From a virus (taxonomy: Duplodnaviria > Caudoviricetes), in the IMG/VR virus record IMGVR_UViG_3300032116_000166, positions 1,383-65,382 of that record: 64,000 bases of DNA; one strand, 5' to 3'. Made by a program: the position numbers and the translations under genes. Below, piece by piece: positions 27,174-36,841 of the stretch (position 1 is its first letter; every line of letters starts with the position of its first letter). The notes beneath the pieces were generated by a model. It ran no database searches. It was not told the origin of the DNA and was given only the letters and a program-made list of their open reading frames with translations.

Positions 27174-29435
27174 ATGGCAGCTATTACCACAAGACAAACA
27201 GCAGGTACAGGAGCTACCGTTAAGAATGCTCCGTTAACCAATGCAGAAATAGACAATAACTTTATTAATTTAAATACTGATCTTAGTAACGCAGTTTATT
27301 TAAGTGGTACGCAAAGTATCGGTGGAGCCAAAACATTTACTAACAATGTAAATATTAATGGTACATCTAGTGGGGCCATACTAGCTGTAACAAACAGCGG
27401 CACCGGTGTTGGATTGACCGTAGATGATGTTGTAATTTCAGCTAATTCAACAACAGACGCTTTAAGAATTACGCAAATTGGCACCGGAAATGCAATACTT
27501 GTAGAAGACGAAGCCAACCCTGACTCTACTCCGTTTTTAGTAAACGCAACAGGACAGGTCGGAGCTGGAGCAACTCCAGCTACATGGGCCAAACTTACTG
27601 TTGGTGGAATGTATCCGTCCGGCAATAACTTTGCTATTGGTAACTATACAATAGGAACTGTGCCTGCTGCGGCAACCCAAGAAGGCGTAGGATTTTGGTC
27701 AGAACTTTCTACTCAAGCAACAACATTCTCTACTACTCTATCTCACTTTGTTGCTAACCAGGGTGGTTTTGGGGCCGGATCAACAGTAGCTAATCAACAC
27801 GGTTTTAGAGTTTCATCAACTCTTATTGGTGCTACTAACAATTACGGTTTTCATAGTAATATACCAAGTGGTACTGGTCGCTGGAACTTCTATGCGTCCG
27901 GAACTGCCGATAATTACTTTGCTGGCAAAGTAGGTATTGGAGCAGTACCTGCAGCAACTTCTAATGTACGTGTTAGCGGAACTGTAACAGGAAATGTCAA
28001 TCAATACGGTGTCCTATCAGAGCTAACCGCCGCTTCAGACGTCACAAGTATACTAGCCGGGTTTACAAGTTCATTAAATACAGCAGCTTCAGTATTTACT
28101 TTAACAAATTTAAGGCACTTCTTAGCAGGATTTAACGCTATAGGTGCAGGATCAACAGTTACAAATCAGTTCGGTTTTTTTGCTGGGTCCAATCTTACTG
28201 GAGCCACAAATAACTATGGATTTTATAGTGATTTAGCTAGCGGCACAGGTCGTTGGAATTTCTTCGCCAACGGGACTGCAGACAACTATTTTGGCGGCCC
28301 ACTCAAGGTAGGCCAGACGTACTATTCAAATACAGCTTTAGGTATCTTTTGGGCACCTGCTGCCACTAGTGCTACAGGAATATATCAAGATAGTACTATC
28401 AATAGTGCTACAACTACCAGTTACGTATTAAATAGCACGTTTCCTACTACTGCTGCAGCAAGTTTTACACTGCCTACACTAGTACACTATCAAGCTGCTC
28501 AAAATACATTTGGAGCAGGCTCAACAGTAACCAATCAGTTTGGTTTTCGTGTTAATAGTAATCTTATTGGAGCCACAAATAATTACGCATTTTATAGCGA
28601 TATAGCTAGTGGTACTGGTCGTTGGAACTTTTATGCAAATGGCACCGCTCCCAACTACTTTGCTGGAAATGTTACAGTAGCTGCAACAACAACCTCAACC
28701 TCAGCCACAACAGGTGCTTTGGTTGTAAGTGGCGGTGTTGGTGTTGGAGAAAACGTATACATATCCAAATCTTTGATAGTAGGAACTACGCTATCAACAG
28801 GTACTGGCATTGATTTAAATAATAATAATATTGTCGGAGTCAATGCGATTACTTTTGCAGATCCAGGTCCTGGAGAAGGCATTAGTTTTAGTGGTAATTT
28901 TAATATTTATGAAAGTCCAGACGATCTTACTACTAACAGTGCTGGAAACTTACAGTTTGTAAGTGGCGGAGCCAGAAGACTAACAGTCAAAACTTCGGGT
29001 CAAGTAGAGGTAACAGCAACAACAGCATCTACTTCAACCACAACAGGTGCCTTAGTTGTAGGTGGTGGTGTAGGTATTGCTGGTGCACTAAACGCGACAA
29101 CTAAATCATTTATTATCGACCACCCAACAAAACCGAATACCCTATTGAAACACGGTAGTCTAGAGGGCCCAGAGTTTGGTGTGTATGTTCGTGGTAGAAC
29201 ATCGTCAAAGATCATTGAGTTGCCGGAGTATTGGACAAAGCTGGTTGACCCTGCAACAATTACAGTCAACTTAACTCCCATTGGCAATTACCAAAAGTTG
29301 TATGTAGAAAAAATAGAATCCAATTGTGTCTACATTAACGGCGACGATCTATTATCTAATTCTGTTGACTGTTTCTACACCGTTTTTGCTGAACGTTGTG
29401 ACGTTGAAAAACTACAAGTCGAGGTTTCACAATGA
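27174..29435 (+). CDS. Tail fibre protein with three ~125-aa repeats and a C-terminal chaperone-like domain
   Basis: ATG at 27174 after AGGAG. N-terminus ITTR...K.APLTNAEIDNNF.NL; three copies of GATNNY.F.S...SGTGRWNF.A.GTA.NYF; C-terminus KSFIIDHP...LEGPE.GVYVRG...LP.YW...AER.D. Confidence 0.75.
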   Translation: MAAITTRQTAGTGATVKNAPLTNAEIDNNFINLNTDLSNAVYLSGTQSIGGAKTFTNNVNINGTSSGAILAVTNSGTGVGLTVDDVVISANSTTDALRITQIGTGNAILVEDEANPDSTPFLVNATGQVGAGATPATWAKLTVGGMYPSGNNFAIGNYTIGTVPAAATQEGVGFWSELSTQATTFSTTLSHFVANQGGFGAGSTVANQHGFRVSSTLIGATNNYGFHSNIPSGTGRWNFYASGTADNYFAGKVGIGAVPAATSNVRVSGTVTGNVNQYGVLSELTAASDVTSILAGFTSSLNTAASVFTLTNLRHFLAGFNAIGAGSTVTNQFGFFAGSNLTGATNNYGFYSDLASGTGRWNFFANGTADNYFGGPLKVGQTYYSNTALGIFWAPAATSATGIYQDSTINSATTTSYVLNSTFPTTAAASFTLPTLVHYQAAQNTFGAGSTVTNQFGFRVNSNLIGATNNYAFYSDIASGTGRWNFYANGTAPNYFAGNVTVAATTTSTSATTGALVVSGGVGVGENVYISKSLIVGTTLSTGTGIDLNNNNIVGVNAITFADPGPGEGISFSGNFNIYESPDDLTTNSAGNLQFVSGGARRLTVKTSGQVEVTATTASTSTTTGALVVGGGVGIAGALNATTKSFIIDHPTKPNTLLKHGSLEGPEFGVYVRGRTSSKIIELPEYWTKLVDPATITVNLTPIGNYQKLYVEKIESNCVYINGDDLLSNSVDCFYTVFAERCDVEKLQVEVSQ

Positions 29436-29611
29436 TAGTTAAAGCAGTTATTGACCTAAACACTCTACAGTGTGAAACAAGTTCGGCAGTAAATGAGTTA
29501 AAAGTTGTTGATGGAAAACTCTATATAGAATTATCAGAGCCAGACCCAGAATATTTTCAAGGTCTTGGTAAACCTCAGGAAGTAGCATACAATGGCAACA
29601 ATAACCTCTAG
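29432..29611 (+). CDS. 59-aa hypothetical protein missing from the ORF track
   Basis: ATGA overlap with the upstream stop; MIVKAVIDLNTLQCETSS...VAYNGNNNL*; fills the gap to the next gene. Confidence 0.6.
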   Translation: MIVKAVIDLNTLQCETSSAVNELKVVDGKLYIELSEPDPEYFQGLGKPQEVAYNGNNNL

Positions 29612-32066
29612 TCAATCTGGTAATTTTAGTGCAACTACTACTTGGGTAGGAGGAGTCGTTCCAGTAGATGGGGACTCCTTTGTAGTTGCTACTGGACACA
29701 CTGTTACCTACGATGTGGTCACCCCTGTGACAACTGGGTTTCAGGATAGCAACATCAGTGGAATTTTGCAAACCCTGAGTGGTAGCCCTACAACACTCAG
29801 AATGAATGGCCGGTTAAATATTCTAACCAACGGCACCTATCACGCTCGTAGTGGCCACAAACTTCAATTTCGTGGAACAGCTGCTGAGTCGCATATATTG
29901 TATTTACAAGAAGTCAGTGGAAGCAAACTGATCATGGAAGGCAGCGATGGTATGCCTACCACTACGCTTAGTGCTGCTGCCAATGAAAATAGTACAAGTT
30001 TTAGTTTTACTAGTGCCGCCAACTTTGTAGCAGGCGAGTGGTTTTGCGTTTACAACAACACTACTGCCCAGTCTGGTAATGCCGGCAATACTACTTTGCG
30101 AGACGAAGGATTTTGGGTACATGATGTTGTAGGTAACACTGTGTACTTCCGTGAGTTTGTAGGCCCACAAAGTAACATCACTGCTTACAGCGGAAGCACA
30201 ATTACTGTTCAAAACAGCAAAGTATTCCGAGCCGGCCAAAGGATTGTGTTTGGTACCACTGCAGCCGGAAACTTAAACGTAAAAACAATTAGTTCAATAA
30301 ATTATGCCACCCACGTAATCACATGTGATAGTGCCATCACAGGTAACCCAACAGGTGTTACAGTGTATGAGACTGCCAGCAATAAAATCCATGCGGCCGG
30401 TGACAAAGTACGAAAAGTTGCTACTATCACCACGACCAGTAGTACCAGCACTGCAACTACCATTACTGTGGCAAACAGCAATCAGTTTGTGGCAAACGAC
30501 GAGATCTGGATAGAAGCTCGTAGCGAATGCGGCGGTACTACAGATCGTGCGTGGAATGCCTATGGTACCGACAGTGGCCCTCGATATCGCCATGTGGTGA
30601 CCAGTGTGGTGGGCAATGTGATCACTCTCAGCGCTCAAATAGGCTACAATGTAGTACAGGGTGCGTTAGTAACACGATTGACACGAGATGTGGTAGTAGA
30701 GCCTGTTACACCAAATGTGGACTACTATGGTGTATGGTGCGGATTGTATCAAACAGACTATACCAGAAAATTAATCTTAAAAGATGTACAATTTAGATAT
30801 GTAGGCAGCGCCCAAGGACAGCCAGAAGGCGGAGTGTCAATAAGAGGATTCTTTAGTACCAACACACCAGGAGTAACACTCAATAGCACGGTTCCAAGCT
30901 ATAGCCAACAACCTTGGGTAGAGGGACTAACTTTGACCAGCTCCAACCTTACTCGTGACTGGGGAGGTTTGTGGAGTTATGGTACTCGTTATGGCCAACT
31001 ACGTTGTTGTACTGCAATAGGGATATTTAATGCAGGTATAGGTTTATGGTATGAAGCCGGGCAAGCCGCCTATAATTGTATTGTTGCCGGAAGTAATGCC
31101 TGGGGTATGAGACTCGAGGGGTATGTAGAGTGGGGCGAAGTAGCCTACAACTACAATTCTAGAAGTTACTATGCTAACCGAATAGCTATGTATGATAACA
31201 ATTGTGGCACTCACAGAATGATATGTGATGCCATAACAGATAATGTCAGCTTAGCTAGTACAAATATACCAATGTATCGTTGGAGTGTTACTGGTCTATT
31301 ATATACGGCTCCGCAAGCAGAAAGAGTTCATGCACAGTTTGTATACTCTCGTATGGTCAGCGCCAGTGGATATGCAAATATTAAAAGCAATCCTCCAGCT
31401 ACATATGCACGTGGATATTACCATGGTCAGGGCGACCGCGGTAATGCTTCACAGAACTTAACCACCATATTAGAAGACGACTTTGAGTATGACAGAGTAC
31501 GTCAGATTACTTACGGCACAGAACGAGTATGGGATAATGTGGAGAATGCTTGGAGAGTTGTTGTAGGTGTTGACTTTGGCGATGCTTGGAGAGGCTGGTA
31601 TCAGGCCCTCTATATTCCAGCAAATACAACAGTTATAGTGAGTTGTGCGGTAAAGTTGGCTCTTAACTTTTCAGGAACTTATCCATATTTAGCAGTTATT
31701 GACCTACAATCGGGAATTGGATCAAACCAACTTGGTAATGCTGGCGGTAACTGGAGTAGTTGTTTGAGTGGTGGTAACACGACAGCCAACTATACAGCTC
31801 AAGCCACTAGCAGTTACGAAACTGTACAAATTACCATAGCTCCAGTAAGCTGGCAGCGAGTCTTAAATGTAGGGGTAGCCAATACCAGTCAAGACGCATC
31901 TGAAGGTTGGTGGATGAAGCCCATACAGGTTGTCATGAACTCAAATTATGCAACACCAGCTCTAGAAGTGACCAATTTTGGTCCAGGTATGCCACTTGAG
32001 AGAATGGCTGTTGGCAACAGTGCTGTACAAAACGTAATTCGCGTAGGCGGAACAAGGTTGAATTGA
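29592..32066 (+). CDS. G8-like / beta-helix virion protein (possible tailspike or depolymerase)
   Basis: N-terminus ITS.QSGN.SATTTWVGGVVP..GD...V..GHTVTYD (G8-like); central stacked beta repeats; C-terminal CBM-like segment. Confidence 0.55.
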   Translation: MATITSSQSGNFSATTTWVGGVVPVDGDSFVVATGHTVTYDVVTPVTTGFQDSNISGILQTLSGSPTTLRMNGRLNILTNGTYHARSGHKLQFRGTAAESHILYLQEVSGSKLIMEGSDGMPTTTLSAAANENSTSFSFTSAANFVAGEWFCVYNNTTAQSGNAGNTTLRDEGFWVHDVVGNTVYFREFVGPQSNITAYSGSTITVQNSKVFRAGQRIVFGTTAAGNLNVKTISSINYATHVITCDSAITGNPTGVTVYETASNKIHAAGDKVRKVATITTTSSTSTATTITVANSNQFVANDEIWIEARSECGGTTDRAWNAYGTDSGPRYRHVVTSVVGNVITLSAQIGYNVVQGALVTRLTRDVVVEPVTPNVDYYGVWCGLYQTDYTRKLILKDVQFRYVGSAQGQPEGGVSIRGFFSTNTPGVTLNSTVPSYSQQPWVEGLTLTSSNLTRDWGGLWSYGTRYGQLRCCTAIGIFNAGIGLWYEAGQAAYNCIVAGSNAWGMRLEGYVEWGEVAYNYNSRSYYANRIAMYDNNCGTHRMICDAITDNVSLASTNIPMYRWSVTGLLYTAPQAERVHAQFVYSRMVSASGYANIKSNPPATYARGYYHGQGDRGNASQNLTTILEDDFEYDRVRQITYGTERVWDNVENAWRVVVGVDFGDAWRGWYQALYIPANTTVIVSCAVKLALNFSGTYPYLAVIDLQSGIGSNQLGNAGGNWSSCLSGGNTTANYTAQATSSYETVQITIAPVSWQRVLNVGVANTSQDASEGWWMKPIQVVMNSNYATPALEVTNFGPGMPLERMAVGNSAVQNVIRVGGTRLN

Positions 32067-32067
32067 T

Positions 32068-35000
32068 ATGCCAAAAAATGTTGTTATTACACCACTGAGT
32101 GGATTGGTTGATTTTTATGATGCAGCCAGTAACCTAGACGCCAAAATTCAAATCGATGATGCTGGCAGTTTGAATATCTCAAACAGTGGCGGAACCTTGG
32201 TTTTGGGTAACGCCGCCGCCAACGTTTATATCGGTGATGGTACCAACTCCGTTGACGTTATCTTTGAACAGAACGGGGCTATCAGAGCACTTACTGGTAA
32301 GACTCTTACTTTAGGTAACAGTGCTAGTAATATTGCTGTTCAGTCGCCACTAACAATTAATTCGCAAATATTAAATACTACCACAACTGGTTATTTCGAA
32401 GTTCGTCAAACAGTTAGTAGTTGGGGCAATAGTACTAGCCACCCAATCATCAAATGGGATTATAATGCTACATACGATGATCACTTGTACTTAGCAAGTG
32501 GTGGTAATGCCAGTGGCACTACACAGACTGCACTTGTTGTTACTGAAAACGCAGGTGTAGTAATCGGAGCAGGACCAAGTTCCCCCAACAGTAGTAGTAT
32601 TGTATCAACTGAGTGGTTTCGATTTGACAATAGTAGATTTACTATTTCAAGAAATGCAACTCAGTACCTAACCTTTGAAAATAGCGATACAACAACAAAT
32701 CCAATCATTATTTCCTACACCGCAACAAATAATGCAAAACCAATAATATTTGACAGTAAGACCGATGCTGTCAATACAGCACCCACTGCTGGAACACTTG
32801 GATACGAGTTCAGAGTAAATGGTACAAGTGCCCTAACGGTAAACACAGACAGGACTATTACTACCAACACAAATTTGAGTGTTGGTGGCACCCTCAGTGT
32901 TACTGGCAACTTAACTGTGAACGGCACAACTACTACAGTTAATAGTACCACAGTAACTGTGGACGATCCCATCTTTACTCTAGGTGGTGATACCGCACCA
33001 ACTGTAGACGACAACAAAGACCGCGGAGTTGAGTTTCGCTGGCACAATGGTACTGCCGCCAAAGTGGGTTTCTTTGGATTTGATGACAGTACTGGCTACC
33101 TAACATTTATACCTGATGCCACAAATACCAGTGAAGTTTTTAGTGGTACAATGGGCGACATACAGGCTACCAACTTCCGAGGTGCCCTGATTGGTAATGC
33201 TAGTACTGCAACCAATGTGGCTTGGTCAGGAATTACCAGCAAACCTACTACACTTAGTGGTTTTGGAATAACAGACGCATTCTCCTCTAGTGGTGGTACC
33301 ACAACTGGTAATATAACGATTTCAACGGTTCAACCTGTACTAATTCTTAGAGACACGGACAATTCTGGAACAGGTGTAGGCCAAACAGGCTGGATAAGTT
33401 TTCAAGACAGTGCTGGTACAGAGCGCGCATGGATTGGTTATGGATCCTCTGGGTCTACAGACTTCAACATTAGCAACAGTCGTGGACAAATTACAGCTGG
33501 CGGCAATATAATACTAACTGCTGGTAACTATAATAGTTACAGCCCAACCCTAACAGGTACTGGGGCGACTGGTAGCTGGGCTATCTCAGTTACTAGTGCA
33601 GCTAACCAGTCTTCATCAGATGATAGAATAAAAGCACCTGCTGATGACTTTGCTGCAAACAAGAGATTTGGTTTTACTAGCTGGAACAACAACAATACAG
33701 CCCCATACGCAGATTACTTACACTTAAGAAGCTATACAGATAGTAGTGGCGGAAACGATAATTTGGTAATGTTCCGCAAAGACGCATTAGGAATGAGAAT
33801 ATGGCAGCAAACTTATGGTTCTGCTACTGCTTATTCTACATTCAAAGATGTTGCTTGGACTGATGGTACAAACTCAACTGGTACTTGGGGTATCTCAGTT
33901 ACTGGCAGCGCAGGTTCCGTAGCATGGACTAACGTCAGTGGTAGACCAACAACAGTATCTAGCTTTACCAATGATAGTGGATACATTACAAGTGCTTTCT
34001 CAGGCTTTATGCTCAGAAGTACTTCAGTACAAGCTAACCCCAACACTAATTTTGTAAGCAGCGCATATCGTTTTGATCCCAACGCCAATAACCCTACAAA
34101 TGAACACTACGCAATTGTTACCTACGGTAATGAAAGCAACGTTGTAGGTCAACTTGCAACACACTTCACATCTGGTCAAACTTTTACAAGAGCATACAAT
34201 TCTGCATGGTCTTCTTGGAGAACCTTGTTAGATAGTACCAACTATAACAGCTATTCACCAACCTTAACCGGTACTGGAGCTAGTGGTACTTGGAGTATAA
34301 ACGTTACAGGCAGTGCAGGTAGCGCAGGAAGTGTAGCTTGGACAAATGTTAGTGGTCGTCCATCAACTATTGCAGGACTGCTTGGTACAGATTCAGTAAG
34401 TGCCAACCCCAATGTTAGACTTGGTAGCGGCTACTATCAAAACGATGCTGCTAGTTCTGCAAATAATTGGCCTGTTGGATCTTCAAGTTGGTGGCATCTG
34501 CACAGTGTTACACACAGTAATACTGCAAATTACTATTCTATGCAATTTGCAGCAGATTTTTATGCTAATAATTTATACTATCGTTCCACTAACGGAAGTG
34601 CCGCTACCAGCTGGTCTAGAGTATTACTTGATACAAACTACAATAGTTACAGTCCGACCTTAACAGGTACTGGTGCTAGCGGTACTTGGGGTATCTCAAT
34701 CACTGGTAGCGCGTCATCAAATGTACTAAAATCTGGCGACACAATGAGTGGGGACCTATCCTTCTCAAACGGTAGAAAAGGCCTTGTAGGAGTTTACAAC
34801 GCTTCTCAAACTCAGGCTGTTTTTGCCATGGGATCGTCATACCGATTAACCGACGGTGGAGCAAGTAATGTATATGGTGACTTCTATGGTATGGCTTGGT
34901 CTTATGATCCAGACTACGGTGGTGCTGGAAACAATCCACAATCTAAGGCAGGATTAGCACATCAATTATTGATAATGAATGCTGGTGTGACCAGAACCGC

Positions 35001-36396
35001 CATAGGTAATGGTATATGGACCAGTGGTGCAATTAGTCAGAACGGTAATCAAGTCTTACATGCTGGCAATTATACTAGCTACAGTCCAAGCCTAACAGGT
35101 AGTGGGGCCAGTGGTACTTGGGGTATAAATGTTACAGGCAACTCAGCTACAACGTCTCAAAGAACATTCTCCAATGTTCGTACCGACGGTATTAATAGAG
35201 GTTCTTACGGAGCTATATCAATCGCAGGATCTAGTGGTAGTTATTCAGGTATTGATTTTACTGATGCTTCTGTTACTTTTATGGTCAGAACAAGTGACCA
35301 ACTAACTGGCGTATACAAAAATAACAGTGCTTGGTTGTGGTATTTTGATGGTTCCGGCGTACTACAGGCCGGTTCTATTCCACAAAATAACATAAGCGGT
35401 GGTAACTTAGTCTCAGTACTGCAACCAACTCACGGTGATAGCGGAAGATTAATACAGTCACTCAATGCCAGTGCCGGTAATGCCGTACAGTTTTATATAG
35501 AACATAACTTAGCCAATGTAGCCATAGGCAATTCACGCGGCAATATCAATATAGCTGCTGGATCATTACTACACGGTGGCAACCAAGTCTTACATGCAGG
35601 CAACTATACTAGTTACAGCCCTAGTCTTACTGGTAGCGGTGCTAGCGGTACTTGGGGTATTAGTATTACAGGTAATGCTGCTACAGCAACAACTGCTTCT
35701 AATACTACTGCTGTTGCCGGATATGATATTAGCTGGGGATACGTTGCTGGAGCTCCTTATTATATCTGGGGAACAGCAAGCGGTACAGGTACAACCAGAG
35801 TATATGCTGCTAGTGAAGTAAGTGTTGGAACCGCTACGTATTCCACATATGTAGGAAGCTCCAGCCTATGGACAACAGGCGGCCAAGATCTATACGGTCG
35901 TTCAAAGCGAGTAGCAGTAGCCTCTGTCGGTAACGTAGTATACAACTACGGTGGCGACTTTACTAATGCAGAAATTCAGAGTTCTTTATTAGTTACTGGA
36001 AACGTTACAGCCTATTCTTCGGATCGTAGATTAAAAACCAATGTCAAGCCTATCGACAATGCTTTGACAAAGATCTCCAAATTGTCTGGATTTACTTTTA
36101 ACTGGAACGATACTGCTAAAACTTTGGCTAAGTATGACACAGAAAAAGTAGAAGTAGGCGTTTTTGCACAAGATGTTTTAGAAGTACAGCCAGAAGCAGT
36201 CAAATCGGCACCTTTCGATGTACACTATGAAACAGGACAGTCTATATCAGGCGAACACTATTTAACGGTACAGTACGACAGACTTGTTCCGCTTTTAATA
36301 GAAGCAATAAAAGAGTGTTCAAACTATCTGGATAAACAAGAGGCCAGAATCAATAAACTAGAAGACATGTTAATGTCTTTATCAACAAAGGAATAA
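32068..36396 (+). CDS. Long tail fibre with peptidase S74 intramolecular chaperone
   Basis: VTAYSSDRRLKTNV..I.NAL.KI.KL.G.TF.WN...G.FAQDV..V.PEAV...LVPLLIEAIKE; knob-like domains separated by repeated linkers. Confidence 0.88.
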   Translation: MPKNVVITPLSGLVDFYDAASNLDAKIQIDDAGSLNISNSGGTLVLGNAAANVYIGDGTNSVDVIFEQNGAIRALTGKTLTLGNSASNIAVQSPLTINSQILNTTTTGYFEVRQTVSSWGNSTSHPIIKWDYNATYDDHLYLASGGNASGTTQTALVVTENAGVVIGAGPSSPNSSSIVSTEWFRFDNSRFTISRNATQYLTFENSDTTTNPIIISYTATNNAKPIIFDSKTDAVNTAPTAGTLGYEFRVNGTSALTVNTDRTITTNTNLSVGGTLSVTGNLTVNGTTTTVNSTTVTVDDPIFTLGGDTAPTVDDNKDRGVEFRWHNGTAAKVGFFGFDDSTGYLTFIPDATNTSEVFSGTMGDIQATNFRGALIGNASTATNVAWSGITSKPTTLSGFGITDAFSSSGGTTTGNITISTVQPVLILRDTDNSGTGVGQTGWISFQDSAGTERAWIGYGSSGSTDFNISNSRGQITAGGNIILTAGNYNSYSPTLTGTGATGSWAISVTSAANQSSSDDRIKAPADDFAANKRFGFTSWNNNNTAPYADYLHLRSYTDSSGGNDNLVMFRKDALGMRIWQQTYGSATAYSTFKDVAWTDGTNSTGTWGISVTGSAGSVAWTNVSGRPTTVSSFTNDSGYITSAFSGFMLRSTSVQANPNTNFVSSAYRFDPNANNPTNEHYAIVTYGNESNVVGQLATHFTSGQTFTRAYNSAWSSWRTLLDSTNYNSYSPTLTGTGASGTWSINVTGSAGSAGSVAWTNVSGRPSTIAGLLGTDSVSANPNVRLGSGYYQNDAASSANNWPVGSSSWWHLHSVTHSNTANYYSMQFAADFYANNLYYRSTNGSAATSWSRVLLDTNYNSYSPTLTGTGASGTWGISITGSASSNVLKSGDTMSGDLSFSNGRKGLVGVYNASQTQAVFAMGSSYRLTDGGASNVYGDFYGMAWSYDPDYGGAGNNPQSKAGLAHQLLIMNAGVTRTAIGNGIWTSGAISQNGNQVLHAGNYTSYSPSLTGSGASGTWGINVTGNSATTSQRTFSNVRTDGINRGSYGAISIAGSSGSYSGIDFTDASVTFMVRTSDQLTGVYKNNSAWLWYFDGSGVLQAGSIPQNNISGGNLVSVLQPTHGDSGRLIQSLNASAGNAVQFYIEHNLANVAIGNSRGNINIAAGSLLHGGNQVLHAGNYTSYSPSLTGSGASGTWGISITGNAATATTASNTTAVAGYDISWGYVAGAPYYIWGTASGTGTTRVYAASEVSVGTATYSTYVGSSSLWTTGGQDLYGRSKRVAVASVGNVVYNYGGDFTNAEIQSSLLVTGNVTAYSSDRRLKTNVKPIDNALTKISKLSGFTFNWNDTAKTLAKYDTEKVEVGVFAQDVLEVQPEAVKSAPFDVHYETGQSISGEHYLTVQYDRLVPLLIEAIKECSNYLDKQEARINKLEDMLMSLSTKE

Positions 36397-36397
36397 T

Positions 36398-36745
36398 ATG
36401 ATTTCTTATAGTTATAAGGTAGACAGTGTTAGAACTGCCACAGTTGGTGGTTTACAGAACGTTGTTAAACAAGTAAACTACACTGCTACTGGTACTGATA
36501 GTGGCCAAAGTTTTTCACTGCCAGGAAAGGTAGTATTGGACGATCCAGATCCTCAAAGCTTTATTAGCTTTCAAAATTTAACAGAGCCACAGGTAATTGC
36601 TTGGATTGAACAAAGTCCTGAAAACTTGGGCGTTAAAAACCACATTCAACTTGTGGTTGATAAAATGATCCAAGAAGCAACCTATCAAGAAACAGATATG
36701 CCTTGGGCTCCTCCTCCAGCACCCACCCCACCACCAGCACAATAA
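36398..36745 (+). CDS. Fibre-associated hypothetical protein
   Basis: 115 aa; GLQNVV..V.Y...G.D...PD...FI.F.NLTE.QVI.WI pattern often found beside S74 fibres; Pro-rich end. Confidence 0.5.
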   Translation: MISYSYKVDSVRTATVGGLQNVVKQVNYTATGTDSGQSFSLPGKVVLDDPDPQSFISFQNLTEPQVIAWIEQSPENLGVKNHIQLVVDKMIQEATYQETDMPWAPPPAPTPPPAQ

Positions 36746-36755
36746 ATATAGCCAA

Positions 36756-36791
36756 AAGTAATTGATACAGTAACTACTGTATCAATTACTT
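36756..36791 (+). terminator. 16-bp perfect hairpin
   Basis: AAGTAATTGATACAGT-aact-ACTGTATCAATTACTT. Confidence 0.6.
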
Positions 36792-36841
36792 ATTTATATC
36801 CTGACCTAGTATCAGGGCTTAAATTATAAGGATTAGTAATT

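Noticed and set aside
33529-33540. TATAATAGT inside the S74 fibre gene as an internal promoter
   Set aside because: No -35 at 17 bp; explained by the Y-N-S codons of the repeated linker.
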